Shown: positions 1 through 10,184, counted from the stretch's first letter. The stretch: DNA of 64,000 nt from Candidatus Gastranaerophilales bacterium (GCA_023662705.1 JAMPIM010000001.1:32216-96215); one strand, 5' to 3'. Notes: a model not told the origin generated them from the letters alone. Made by a program: numbers and translations.

Positions 1-442
1 TTAATCTTGTTTGTGCTGAATTATCGGGATCTTCTTTGGCTGCAAGAGCTTGTTTGTATTCATCAGTCACAGGATATCTGCGAACGGTAGCATTAATATT
101 TGTTACCAATTCTTTTATATCGATTGATTTGGATAAAAATAACTGTGCTCCTGCTTTTTTACCCCAGAATCCGTCAATCTTTTTCTCTAATATAGTTAAT
201 AATATAACAGGGATTTTTTTTGTTTCTTCAACGTTTTTTATCATTCTGCAAAGATGGTATCCGTCGATTGCAGGCATCATAATGTCTGAAACAACAATAT
301 CAGGGGTGCATGAATAAACTTTTTTATATGCCTCGGAACCGTTTGTCGCGGTTTCTACTTCAAAACCGCTTCCTTCAAGTCCCTCTTTTAAAAATTTAAG
401 CTGTGTTTCGCTGTCTTCTACCAATAAAATCTTTATTGCCAT
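1..442 (-). CDS. CheY-like response regulator receiver protein; partial, with the C-terminus outside the window
   Basis: Reverse translation from the ATG at 442 gives MAIKILLVEDSETQLKFLKEGLEGSGFEVETATNGSEAYKK...DIVVSDIMMPAIDGYHLCRMIK, a classic REC domain with a D-x-MP-x-DG motif. An in-frame stop lies upstream of the ATG. There is no stop before position 1. It is divergent from the MCP gene. Confidence 0.6.
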   Translation of the reverse strand, partial: MAIKILLVEDSETQLKFLKEGLEGSGFEVETATNGSEAYKKVYSCTPDIVVSDIMMPAIDGYHLCRMIKNVEETKKIPVILLTILEKKIDGFWGKKAGAQLFLSKSIDIKELVTNINATVRRYPVTDEYKQALAAKEDPDNSAQTRL

Positions 443-495
443 ATATTCGTATATTCCAATTTTCTAAGTTTTAGTATAAAATAATTATATAATAA

Positions 496-1572
496 ATGTC
501 TAAAAAAAACTATAGGAGAGAAGAAGTGCTTAACGATTGGAATTTTGGGTTGAAACAGAGATTTAGTATAAAATGCAGCATCGATTTAGCAATGTTTGTA
601 ATGATTTCGGCATTGTTTGTAATATTTGCATTAAAGCATTCAATCAGCTCTTATGAAACTTTAACATATTTAGTGGCAATCATGGCGGTTGTAGTCCCTG
701 TTCAGCTTGGAACACGCCAGTGGATTTCAAGAAGTATTACTAAATTGCTTACAATTCAGTCTGAATCTATGTCAGATTCAGTTTCTGAAATCGTGGAAAC
801 TCTAAATTCTCAAAAAAGAATTCTTGAAAACCTATCTTCTAATACTAAAAATGTATCTTCTCTTATAGAAAAACTTAAAAATATTTCAACAGAAACAGTT
901 CAAACTTCCAAAAATACGGAAAAACAGGTTTCTCAATCTATTTCCTGCTCACAAAAAGAGCACGAAGCAATTTCTGCTAATGCTGAAAAGATGCTTGTTT
1001 TGAGACAGAAAATCCAAATGATTGCGGAATTGATTCTTGAACTTTCTGAACACACACAACAAATCGGTAACACAATCAGTGTTGTTGATGATATTGCAGA
1101 ACAAACAAATATGCTTGCACTTAATGCTGCGGTTGAAGCTGCAAGAGCAGGCGAACATGGTAAAGGTTTCGCGGTTGTTGCAGGTGAAATCAGAAAACTT
1201 GCTGACGAATCTAAGCAGGCTATTACAAAAATTACTTCTTTAACAAGCAATATTCAATACACTACAAACTCCACTGTTATGGCAACAGAAGAAGGTTCTA
1301 AAGAAATTGAAGCTGTAGTTAAAGATATTAACAGTGTTTCGGTAAATTCGGAAACATTATTAAACTATATTGAAAATATTTTGGATTCATTGGGAACTCT
1401 TAACCAAAATGCTGCTAAGCAGGGTGATATTATTGAAAAACTTCATCTGATTGACGAAGAGAATAAAAGTATTTCAGAAAGTCTGACTCAAATAATGAGT
1501 GCAAATACTGAAAGATTGGCTAAATTAAACTCTCTTTCAAACGAAATTAAAAATTCAGCAATAGAAGGTTAG
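496..1572 (+). CDS. methyl-accepting chemotaxis protein (MCP)
   Basis: N-terminal TM helices. It contains the highly conserved MCP signalling motif [35 protein letters not shown]. Confidence 0.85.
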   Translation: MSKKNYRREEVLNDWNFGLKQRFSIKCSIDLAMFVMISALFVIFALKHSISSYETLTYLVAIMAVVVPVQLGTRQWISRSITKLLTIQSESMSDSVSEIVETLNSQKRILENLSSNTKNVSSLIEKLKNISTETVQTSKNTEKQVSQSISCSQKEHEAISANAEKMLVLRQKIQMIAELILELSEHTQQIGNTISVVDDIAEQTNMLALNAAVEAARAGEHGKGFAVVAGEIRKLADESKQAITKITSLTSNIQYTTNSTVMATEEGSKEIEAVVKDINSVSVNSETLLNYIENILDSLGTLNQNAAKQGDIIEKLHLIDEENKSISESLTQIMSANTERLAKLNSLSNEIKNSAIEG

Positions 1573-1577
1573 ATTAA

Positions 1578-4500
1578 TTGGATTTTCAGGATAACGATAA
1601 CAATACACAAGAGCTGATGGGTATCTTCCAAACCGAATCGGAAGATATTCTTGAGCATATTTTTGAAAACCTTCTGACTCTGGAAAAAATGCCCGGGGAT
1701 AGAGAAACTTCTGCTAATCTTTATCGTGAAATGCACAGTTTAAAAGGTGCTATCAGAATGGTCGGTTTCAATAATATTCAGATGATTATTCATAAAATCG
1801 AAGATATTTTTGACGCTGTTAATACTCAGAATCTAACATTAGAGCCTGATAAATTAAATTTGATAACAAAATCTGTTGAGCTGGTTTCTCAATATTTGCA
1901 GGAATCAATTAAGGCAGGAAGAGAAATTATAGGCGAAGAATTCAGCCCTACTGTTTCTGCGCTTGAATATATGGCAGAGGTAGACTTGAATCCTGAATTC
2001 AGCCAGCCTCAGCACATTGCTGCTATTGATGAGATGGCGAGTTTTGCCGGCATGGCTGATTTGGATAATCTTATGGAGCTGGCTCAAGCAGCCGAGGCTC
2101 AGACAAATGTACAGCCTGCTCAAGTAAATAATTGCCAGGAATATCAGGAAGAGATTAACTATGGGTTTAATACCTGTTTTGAATTGATTGACAGTATTGT
2201 TCCTGAAGAAGAATCTCAGGAAACTGTTATTTTAAGAGAAGAAGTTGCCAAGATTTATGAGCGTTTTGAATCTTCAGATTTATATGAAGTTAAAATGGCT
2301 TTGCAAAATGTGTTAACGAAACTCGATTTTGTTATGAGTGCAACAAATACTTTCACAATCAGTGAGATTTTGGAGCTTCGTAATGAGTTGAGTTCAGCGG
2401 CTGCAAAGTTTAATACGTCCTGTATTGATGATGAATCAAGCGGAACAACATTCTTTGAAATTGCAGAAAAAATTAATATGCTTCAAGGCAGCAGTGTTTA
2501 CGCAAAAGAAATCAAAGACGATATACTTCTCTTGAAAGAACATGCTGATAATAATGAAATTGTTGAAATTATCAATATGATTGAGGAGATTCTCGATTTC
2601 ATTATGGAAAACTCGGTTCAGCTTGAAGAACAGATGACCCAGACTCTAAAAAGCGGGGTTGAATACTGTGCTTCGCCTAACGAGAGCATTGATGGTGATT
2701 TGATTATTCAGCAGTTGGAAATCATGAAACAGCTGCTTGAATTAAACTTTAAAAAGGATTCGGGTGTCAGTGATGTCAAAAACCTTACTACTCAGAGCAC
2801 TGTTTCAAATAAATCATCTTCTTCAACCGAGATTAAAACACTGCACGTTAATGCGCAAAAACTGGATTTGTTGGTTAATCAGCTCGGCGAGCTTATTATT
2901 ACTAAAATCAAAACTGAAAAAAGTCTTGAAAAAATTGATTCTATTAAAAATGCGAATGAAGCATGTCAAAAAGATTTACTTAAGACATCAAATTATTTGC
3001 GTTATTACAACAGAAAATATCTCCAAAGCGGCGGCAGTGAACAATATACCGGAGCTTTTGTAAAACAGGTTTTTGCTCTGCTTTCCGATATTACGCAAAA
3101 TGTTTCCAGAACGATTTATGATTTGAATTCTTTGTATCGTTCTTCTAAGGAAGACGATATGAAAATGAGATTAATCATTGATGAGATGGAATCAATGGTT
3201 AAAAATATAAGAGTATTGCCTATTTCTACCGTGTTCAATTCTTTCACAAGAATGGTGCGTGATATTGCAACAGAAAAAGGCAAGGATATTGATTTCGAGA
3301 TTGAAGGTAAAGATACCTGTGCGGATAAAAAGATTATTGAAGAAATTAAGACTCCGCTTATTCATATTTTGCGCAACGCGATTGACCATGGTATTGAATC
3401 AAAAGAAGACAGATTACTTGCGGGTAAGAGTCCTGTCGGGAAGATTCTTTTGTCAGCAAAACAGGATGACAATACTGTTATAATTGATGTTATTGATGAC
3501 GGACAAGGATTTAATCTTGAAAAAATCAAGGATAGAGCTGTTTCAAGAGGGTTTTTGACTCAGGAAGATATTGATTCAATGTCTGACGAAGCTATTATGC
3601 AGATTATTTTCTGGCCTGGATTTACAACAGGAGATTCTATTACGAGTATTTCCGGAAGAGGCATTGGTCTTGATGTTGTTAAAACAAAGATTTCTCAGCT
3701 TAACGGTAAAGTTAAGGTTATATCAGAATTTGGCAAAGGCAGCTGTGTGCATATTGAAATTCCTGTAACTTTGACTACTTTGAGAGTATTTTTGGTTAAA
3801 ATTTCTGAGCAGGTGTTTGCGATTCCGATTCAGATGATTACTACATTTATCTTGAAAAAGCAGGATGAAATTAAAACAAACAACGGTACAAGGTCAATTG
3901 TTTATAATGATAAAGTTCTTCCGTTATATTATTTGGCGGACATTCTAGGTTTAGAGTTAACTCCGCGCGGGGAAAAAGAAACTATTTTGATTATTGAATC
4001 TGATGACAAAACTGTTGGTCTTGTTGTTGACAGACTTCTCGGCGATCAGGATATTTTGCAGAAAAAATTATCTCCTCCTTTATATAAGGTTAAGAATGTA
4101 TCGGGGATTACGAACCTTGCTTCAGGCGAATTGTGCTTGATTCTTAATATGCAGGATATTCTGCACCATGATTTCAACAAATCTGTTTCTACGGCAGCTG
4201 TGCCTAAGCTGCTATCGGCGGATATAATTTCTTATAAGAGAATACTTGTTGTTGACGATTCAATGACAACAAGAACTATGATTAAAAATATTCTTTTGAA
4301 TATAGGATATATGGTAGATGCTGTACTTGATGCAACAGAGGCTTTAGTTAAGTTAAAAATGAATCATTACGATTTGATTTTGACAGATTTGAATATGCCA
4401 AAAATTGATGGTAACGAGTTTATTGAACGATTGAAGAATGATGAAATGTATGCTGATATCCCTGTGATTGTAATGAGTTCGCAGCCAAGGGATAAGGCTA

Positions 4501-4610
4501 TGAAGCTTCTTAAACAGGTTCAGATTGAGGGTTATATTCAAAAAGACGCATTTAATCAAGCTGTGTTTGTAAACATGGTTAAAGAAACATTAACAAAATA
4601 CCATAACTAA
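1578..4610 (+). CDS. cheA: chemotaxis histidine kinase CheA with C-terminal CheY-like receiver (CheA-CheY hybrid)
   Basis: HPt motif (EMHSLKGAIRMVGF). HATPase region (IIDVIDDGQGFNLEKI...GRGIGLDVV). CheW-like domain. C-terminal REC (ILVVDDSMTTR...DLILTDLNMPKIDG). A long acidic linker follows P1. It starts 6 nt after the MCP stop. Confidence 0.9.
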   Translation: MDFQDNDNNTQELMGIFQTESEDILEHIFENLLTLEKMPGDRETSANLYREMHSLKGAIRMVGFNNIQMIIHKIEDIFDAVNTQNLTLEPDKLNLITKSVELVSQYLQESIKAGREIIGEEFSPTVSALEYMAEVDLNPEFSQPQHIAAIDEMASFAGMADLDNLMELAQAAEAQTNVQPAQVNNCQEYQEEINYGFNTCFELIDSIVPEEESQETVILREEVAKIYERFESSDLYEVKMALQNVLTKLDFVMSATNTFTISEILELRNELSSAAAKFNTSCIDDESSGTTFFEIAEKINMLQGSSVYAKEIKDDILLLKEHADNNEIVEIINMIEEILDFIMENSVQLEEQMTQTLKSGVEYCASPNESIDGDLIIQQLEIMKQLLELNFKKDSGVSDVKNLTTQSTVSNKSSSSTEIKTLHVNAQKLDLLVNQLGELIITKIKTEKSLEKIDSIKNANEACQKDLLKTSNYLRYYNRKYLQSGGSEQYTGAFVKQVFALLSDITQNVSRTIYDLNSLYRSSKEDDMKMRLIIDEMESMVKNIRVLPISTVFNSFTRMVRDIATEKGKDIDFEIEGKDTCADKKIIEEIKTPLIHILRNAIDHGIESKEDRLLAGKSPVGKILLSAKQDDNTVIIDVIDDGQGFNLEKIKDRAVSRGFLTQEDIDSMSDEAIMQIIFWPGFTTGDSITSISGRGIGLDVVKTKISQLNGKVKVISEFGKGSCVHIEIPVTLTTLRVFLVKISEQVFAIPIQMITTFILKKQDEIKTNNGTRSIVYNDKVLPLYYLADILGLELTPRGEKETILIIESDDKTVGLVVDRLLGDQDILQKKLSPPLYKVKNVSGITNLASGELCLILNMQDILHHDFNKSVSTAAVPKLLSADIISYKRILVVDDSMTTRTMIKNILLNIGYMVDAVLDATEALVKLKMNHYDLILTDLNMPKIDGNEFIERLKNDEMYADIPVIVMSSQPRDKAMKLLKQVQIEGYIQKDAFNQAVFVNMVKETLTKYHN

Positions 4611-4710
4611 CCCCAACCAATGTGAACCCGCTTGTAGTTTCACTTTTGAGGACGACCTGTAGTCTTTCGTCAAACTGGTAATCGCGCGATTGTCGTCCGA
4701 CCCTTGTTAA
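4611..4710 (+). repeat. GC-rich 3'-UTR element copy A, immediately after the cheA stop codon
   Basis: It begins TAA-CCCCAACCAATGTGAACCCGCTTGTAG and ends GTCGTCCGACCCTTGTTA. Related copies occur at 10606-10665 (minus) and 45238-45292 (plus). It has an internal GGACGAC/GTCGTCC stem. Confidence 0.45.
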
Positions 4711-4731
4711 AAAACTTAATAATTTGAAGTT

Positions 4732-4766
4732 TGTTTTGTTATGGGTTATTATTTATAGTGATAGAT
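4732..4766 (+). promoter_or_regulatory. candidate sigma-70-type promoter for fliF operon (TTGAAG-17-TATTAT)
   Basis: Motif spacing read by eye upstream of fliF. No sigma-54 GG-N10-GC element was seen. Confidence 0.3.
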
Positions 4767-4815
4767 TGTGCGCGGGGGTAAATAAAACCGGCTTGTAAGA
4801 AGGTTATAAAATAAG

Positions 4816-6360
4816 ATGGAAAATAATTATTTTGCACTATTAGCGAATGATGTTAAAAAACTCTGGAACGGTTTGGACGAGGGGCAAAAGCTCGGTATGC
4901 TCGGGTTGATTGTAGTTACGATTGTTGCGGCTACATTTTTCCTTTCTAAAGCGATGGAACCTGACTGGGTTGTTTTATATTCAGATTTAAACGAAGTTAA
5001 TGCGATTAGCATTGTTGAAAATATGAAAAAGAACGGGTATCAGTATAAGGTATCAGAGGATAAGAAAACCATTTTAGTTCCTTCAAATGTCCGAGATGAT
5101 ATGCGTATTTTTGTTGCCGAGAATGATTTGATTAAGAACGGTGACGGCGGATTTGAACTATTAGACGATATGTCATTAGGTTCTACCGATTTTAAAAATA
5201 AGTTAACAAAACAAAGAATCTTTCAGGGTGAAATAACCCGCGCAATTGAAAAGATTCAGGGGATTAAGTTTGCGAAAGTACAGCTTGCAGAGCCTGAACG
5301 TTCAATTTTTGAAGATAATGATGAAAAACCTACGGCATCAGTGATGTTGGTTTTGGAGCCCGGGTATAAATTAAAAGCATCTCAGGTTAAAGCGATTAAG
5401 AATTTAGTTGCTTATTCTGTTCCGAGAATGACTCCTGAACAGGTGTTTATTACAGACCAGAACGGTAACAGCTTGTCTGATGAAACTTCTAAGAACTCTA
5501 CGGATATGGAAAGCTTTAAGTCTAATTTGGAAAAACAGACTTCCAAGAAGGTTTCTGATGTATTGGAGAAGATTGTCGGCAAGGGTAATGTTTCTGTTCA
5601 GGTTAATGCTGATATTGATTTTAATTCGGCAAAGGCTACAATTGAAAGCTATATTCCTGCAAATGATAAGGGTGAAGGCGTTCTTGTAAGTTCACAGACA
5701 GAGGTTGAAACTTATGAAAACCCTAATAATGTTCCAAATACGGCTGATGTAAACCGTAGAAACTTGAATTATTCAAAGCAGAAAACTGCTATGAACTATA
5801 ATGTAACCAAAGAAGTTAAACAGGTGATTTATGCACCCGGTACTATTAAACGTCTTTCGATTGCTGTTGCTGTAAACAAGATTCTTACTGCTGATGAAAA
5901 GAATGAGATTAAGGAACTTGTATTATCAGCGGCAGGTGTTGATTATGATAGAGGAGATGTTATTTCTGTTTCAGGTTTGCAATTTGAGGGTGCTACTATT
6001 GATAAACAGGCAAACGAAGAGATTGCTAAGCAGTATCAGAGAGAACAAACAATTTATATGTTGACTTCATCAGTAATTCCTTTGATTGTGGTTCTTGTTC
6101 TTGGTTGTTTTGCATTGTTCATCTTGAAAGGATTTATTTCAAGAATCCCTAAACCAAGCGCAATGGAAAAGAAACCTCTGGAAGATTCACCTCAAAGATT
6201 GATAGAAGAAGACGAGATAAGAGACGCGTCTCCTAGAATAGAGTTCAATAAAAAAGAGCTTCAATCTCAGAAGGAGCAGACAATTACGGAACTAAATGAA
6301 GCAATCATGGCAGCACCTGATGACGCGGCAAAACTGTTGACATCATATATTCGCGAATAG
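4816..6360 (+). CDS. fliF: flagellar M-ring protein FliF
   Basis: About 514 aa with an N-terminal TM and a C-terminal TM. It has typical FliF periplasmic ring domains and sits directly upstream of fliG. Confidence 0.9.
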   Translation: MENNYFALLANDVKKLWNGLDEGQKLGMLGLIVVTIVAATFFLSKAMEPDWVVLYSDLNEVNAISIVENMKKNGYQYKVSEDKKTILVPSNVRDDMRIFVAENDLIKNGDGGFELLDDMSLGSTDFKNKLTKQRIFQGEITRAIEKIQGIKFAKVQLAEPERSIFEDNDEKPTASVMLVLEPGYKLKASQVKAIKNLVAYSVPRMTPEQVFITDQNGNSLSDETSKNSTDMESFKSNLEKQTSKKVSDVLEKIVGKGNVSVQVNADIDFNSAKATIESYIPANDKGEGVLVSSQTEVETYENPNNVPNTADVNRRNLNYSKQKTAMNYNVTKEVKQVIYAPGTIKRLSIAVAVNKILTADEKNEIKELVLSAAGVDYDRGDVISVSGLQFEGATIDKQANEEIAKQYQREQTIYMLTSSVIPLIVVLVLGCFALFILKGFISRIPKPSAMEKKPLEDSPQRLIEEDEIRDASPRIEFNKKELQSQKEQTITELNEAIMAAPDDAAKLLTSYIRE

Positions 6361-6396
6361 TGCTGCGCACGTAGAACTAAATAAGGACTACCGGAC

Positions 6397-7446
6397 ATGG
6401 GTATAGAAGATATAAAAAAAGCTAAAGAGGAAGAGAAGAAGGTATTTAAACGCCCGAGTCAAAAGGTTGCGGCGTTGTTGATAGCTTTGGGTCCTACTAC
6501 GGCTTCAGAGATATTGAAGAATATAAAAGACGAAGATTTGCTTGAGCAGATTACGCTTGATATTGCAAATTTGGGTAAAGTTTCCGATGAGGATTTGAAC
6601 GAGGTTCTTGCAGAGTTTAAAGCTGTTTTTCAGGCTAAAAACTATGTTACTCAGGGCGGGGTTGCTTATGCTAAACAACTTCTTGCACAGGCTTACGGTG
6701 ATGCGGAAGCGGCGCAAATGCTGGAGAAGGTTAACTCAATGGTTAATACCAATCCGTTCTATTTCTTGAACGAGGCTGACCCTTCGCAGCTTGCGAGCAC
6801 TTTTTCTTCTGAAAACCCGCAATTGCTGGCTTTGATTTTGGCTTATGTTAAACCTGAACTTGCTGCACAGGTTCTTGCGTTCCTGCCGCCTGACGTTCAG
6901 GCAGTTGTTTCTATGAGAATTGCGGATATGACACCTACAAACCCTGAAATTCTTTCTACTATTGAAGATATTGTACAGAGAAAATTCTCTGCACTTTTGG
7001 TTCAGGATTTCTCAAATGCAGGCGGTGTGGAATCGTTAGCAAATATCTTGAATTGCTGCGACAGAGGTACGGAAAAAAATATTATGGAATGGCTCGATAT
7101 CGAGAACCAGAAAATGGCTCAAGAAGTCCGCGACCTTATGTTTGTATTCGAAGATATTATTATCCTCGACGACAGAAGTATTCAAAGGCTGCTTAGAGAA
7201 ATTGACAGTAAACAGCTTGCTCTTGCGCTTAAGGGTACTAAAGAAGAGATTAAGGATAAAGTTTATAAAAACATGTCTGAAAGAGCACGTCAAATGCTTA
7301 AAGACGATATGGAATACCTCGGACCTGTTCGTGCTAAAGAAGTTCAGGAAGCTCAAACTGCTATTGTTAATGCTATCAGAACACTTGAAGCTACGGGTGA
7401 AATTACTATTACAAGAGCCAGCGTTGAGGATGAATTAATTGAGTAA
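6397..7446 (+). CDS. fliG: flagellar motor switch protein FliG
   Basis: Conserved FliG C-terminal region (MFVFEDIIILDDRSIQRLLREID...MSERARQMLKDDMEYLGPVRAKEVQEAQ). Confidence 0.9.
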   Translation: MGIEDIKKAKEEEKKVFKRPSQKVAALLIALGPTTASEILKNIKDEDLLEQITLDIANLGKVSDEDLNEVLAEFKAVFQAKNYVTQGGVAYAKQLLAQAYGDAEAAQMLEKVNSMVNTNPFYFLNEADPSQLASTFSSENPQLLALILAYVKPELAAQVLAFLPPDVQAVVSMRIADMTPTNPEILSTIEDIVQRKFSALLVQDFSNAGGVESLANILNCCDRGTEKNIMEWLDIENQKMAQEVRDLMFVFEDIIILDDRSIQRLLREIDSKQLALALKGTKEEIKDKVYKNMSERARQMLKDDMEYLGPVRAKEVQEAQTAIVNAIRTLEATGEITITRASVEDELIE

Positions 7447-8188
7447 CAGAATTAAAAGTAATGATATTCAAATAGGCAGTAATTATGTTTTGCCTATTGA
7501 ACAGTCTAATGTTACTGTTCAGCAGGCTAAGGTAAAGAAGATTATTGCGGAAACCGATGCTAAAGCTCAGCAGATTATTGATGGTGCCGAAAATAAATCT
7601 CAGGTAATTGTTCAGACTGCAAATACTGAGGCTGCAAGAATTATTGAGGCAGCGAGACAGAAAGCTCAGGAAGAATACGATGCGATTAAAAATCAGGCTT
7701 ATCAGGAAGGTTTTACTCAGGGTGAGCAGGATGGTTTAGCAAAGTTTCAGAATGACGCTCAGCAGGCATTAGAATCACTTGATACTATGTCATCAAGTGT
7801 TTTTGATATGAAAAAAAACATTATTGACTCGGCTACACTTGATATTGTGGAACTCGTGAGTGCTATTGCGGATAAGGTTTGCCATGTAAGATTTGATGCT
7901 GAAGTTTTAGAAAAAATTACTCTCGATGCTATTAAACAGCTTAATGAAAAAGAAAATATTACTATTATTGTGAATCCTGAACTGGTTGAGAATATTAGCT
8001 CACTTGTTCCGACTTTTAAGGAAGAGATTCCAAAACTTGAATCTATCAGGATAGTTGAAGATAATTCTGTTTCACCTGACGGGGTTATTGTTGAGACTTT
8101 GAATACCAGACTGGATTCGCGGGTTTCATCCCAGATAGAAGAAATTGCTCAGAAAATGCTTACGGGTGCTGATGATGAGCTGGAATAA
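7439..8188 (+). CDS. fliH: flagellar assembly protein FliH
   Basis: Coiled-coil, Q/A/E-rich protein between fliG and fliI. It overlaps both neighbours. Confidence 0.7.
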   Translation: MSNRIKSNDIQIGSNYVLPIEQSNVTVQQAKVKKIIAETDAKAQQIIDGAENKSQVIVQTANTEAARIIEAARQKAQEEYDAIKNQAYQEGFTQGEQDGLAKFQNDAQQALESLDTMSSSVFDMKKNIIDSATLDIVELVSAIADKVCHVRFDAEVLEKITLDAIKQLNEKENITIIVNPELVENISSLVPTFKEEIPKLESIRIVEDNSVSPDGVIVETLNTRLDSRVSSQIEEIAQKMLTGADDELE

Positions 8189-9500
8189 AGATGTTTACTC
8201 AGATATAATCAAAAAAACCAAAACGATAAAAGAAGTCGGAAAGATTACAGAGATTATCGGTTTAACGATAGAATCTGACGGCCCTAAATCTTCTATTGGT
8301 GATTTGTGTTATATCTATAACGATTATAATGATTCTCCAATGATGGCAGAGGTTGTCGGGTTTAAGAAAGATAAAATCCTTTTAATGCCTCTTGCTTCGC
8401 CTGATGGAATTCGCCCGGGGGCACATGTTGTTAATAGCGGAAGCGCCATGAAAATCGGAGTTGGAAACCAGCTTATCGGAAGAGTTCTTGACGGCTTGGG
8501 AAGACCTATTGATACTCTCGGGGATATTAGGTTCTCGGAATATCGTTCAACAAGAGCAGATGCTATTAATCCTTTGAAACGTAAACGGATTTCGGAGCCG
8601 CTTTCTCTTGGAATAAAATCTGTTGACGGGTTTTCAACGGTGGGCAAAGGTCAGAGAATGGGGATTTTTGCAGGTTCTGGTGTTGGTAAAAGTACAACTC
8701 TTGGTATGATGGCAAAAAATACCTCTGCTGATTTAAACGTCATAGCGCTTATAGGTGAGCGTGGAAGAGAAGTTAAAGAGTTTATTGAAGAGATACTCGG
8801 GACTGAGGGCATGAAGCGCTCTATCGTCATTGCAGCAACCTCTGAACAGCCTTCTCTGGTGAAGATTAAAGCAGCTTTTGTAGCTACTACTATTGCTGAA
8901 TATTTTAGAGATAAGGGCATGGATGTTTTGTTTATGCTCGATTCTGTTACCCGTATTGCAATGGCACAAAGAGAAGTCGGGCTGGCAATTGGTGAACCGC
9001 CTGCTACAAGAGGTTATACACCTTCCGTTTTTGCAATGATGCCTAAACTTATGGAAAGAGCAGGTACTACGGAAAAGGGTACTATTACGGGGCTTTATAC
9101 GGTACTTGTTGAAGGGGATGACTTTAACGAACCGATTTCCGATACTGCAAGAAGTATTTTGGACGGTCATATTGTGCTTTCAAGGGCTTTGGCTCACAAA
9201 AACCATTACCCTGCAATTGATGTGCTTCAATCTTTGAGCCGTGTTATGGGTGATGTTACGGCAGATGAACATAGAAAAGCAGCAGGGGCGGTGAGAAATC
9301 TGCTTGCTGTGCATGCCAAGAATGAAGATTTGATTAATATCGGAGCTTATGTGAACGGCTCTGACCCTGTGTGTGACAAAGCAATCGCTTTGATGGATAA
9401 TATTAACGGATTTTTAAAACAATCCACAAAAGAAAAGATTGAGTATGATAACACTGTAAGCTCTATAATAGAGTTAGGAAGACTTTCGGGATTAAGTTAA
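8145..9500 (+). CDS. fliI: flagellum-specific ATP synthase FliI
   Basis: Walker A motif GIFAGSGVGKSTTLGMMAK. F1/T3SS ATPase fold. The true start may be the internal MMSWNK at 8172. Confidence 0.9.
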   Translation: MLRKCLRVLMMSWNKDVYSDIIKKTKTIKEVGKITEIIGLTIESDGPKSSIGDLCYIYNDYNDSPMMAEVVGFKKDKILLMPLASPDGIRPGAHVVNSGSAMKIGVGNQLIGRVLDGLGRPIDTLGDIRFSEYRSTRADAINPLKRKRISEPLSLGIKSVDGFSTVGKGQRMGIFAGSGVGKSTTLGMMAKNTSADLNVIALIGERGREVKEFIEEILGTEGMKRSIVIAATSEQPSLVKIKAAFVATTIAEYFRDKGMDVLFMLDSVTRIAMAQREVGLAIGEPPATRGYTPSVFAMMPKLMERAGTTEKGTITGLYTVLVEGDDFNEPISDTARSILDGHIVLSRALAHKNHYPAIDVLQSLSRVMGDVTADEHRKAAGAVRNLLAVHAKNEDLINIGAYVNGSDPVCDKAIALMDNINGFLKQSTKEKIEYDNTVSSIIELGRLSGLS

Positions 9501-10012
9501 TGGATATATTTGTAATTGAGATAAAAGATGCGGATAATGTACACATGGAACTTCTAAAAGAGTTTCAGAAAAAAGAAATTTCAGACCCTGAGAAATGGAA
9601 TGCGCATTGTTTTTCTTATTTGATGGTAGATAGAGTATTGCGCGAGTTTTATAAAATTGAAGACAGGGAGGTAGTTTTTGACGGAAAAAAACCTGTTTTA
9701 AAGTCAGGGGCAAAACATTTTTCTATAAGTCATTCGGGAAAATTTGCCGCACTTGCTTTTTCTGACTATAACTGCGGTATTGATATTGAAGAGATTAAGC
9801 TCCGCGAGTTTGAAAAAATATCAAAACGCATGGGATTTAACTGTGAAACCTTAGAAGATTTTTATAAAGCATGGACAAAATATGAAGCGGATTATAAACT
9901 CTGTGTTCCTGCAAAAAAGAATGAATATTATTGTGTCGAGGGCTATGCACTTACGGTTTCGAGTGTAAATGTTCATGAAGAATTTAATTTATATATTGAT
10001 GCGGGAAGTTAA
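9500..10012 (+). CDS. Sfp-type 4'-phosphopantetheinyl transferase (small form)
   Basis: Motifs HFSISHSGKFAALAFSD, CGIDIEEI and KAWTKYEADYK correspond to Sfp HFNISHSGRW / IGIDIEK / W-x-x-KE-x-x-K. The start codon overlaps the fliI stop (TAATG). Confidence 0.7.
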   Translation: MDIFVIEIKDADNVHMELLKEFQKKEISDPEKWNAHCFSYLMVDRVLREFYKIEDREVVFDGKKPVLKSGAKHFSISHSGKFAALAFSDYNCGIDIEEIKLREFEKISKRMGFNCETLEDFYKAWTKYEADYKLCVPAKKNEYYCVEGYALTVSSVNVHEEFNLYIDAGS

Positions 10013-10184
10013 TTATAGCCCGCTTTTTTATTGCAAAACCATGCTTATTTTATAAAAAGTGTAAAAAATACACCGAATGACTGGTAGTCGGTTGGGCTAT
10101 TTTTAAGTGTAAAAGTGACATTTTATCCCAAAAACTGCACAAATACTGACTTTTTGAATTCTTAACAAAACTTCACTGTACCCC

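Noticed and set aside
36-317. Track ORF of 93 aa on the plus strand at the window start.
   Set aside because: It lies entirely antisense to the better-supported CheY-like receiver gene (1-442, minus strand) and has no RBS or domain.
443-495. A sigma-28-like motif upstream of the MCP gene (CTAAGTTTT-N11-ATTATATA).
   Set aside because: The -35-like half matches, but the -10 region lacks the critical GCCGATAA core (only 3 of 8 positions match). It is probably an AT-rich coincidence.
9500-10012. Possibility that the ORF after fliI is FliJ, which is its usual position.
   Set aside because: The sequence carries Sfp-type PPTase motifs (ISHSG, GIDIE, WxxKEA-like). It is not predicted to be an all-helical coiled coil.
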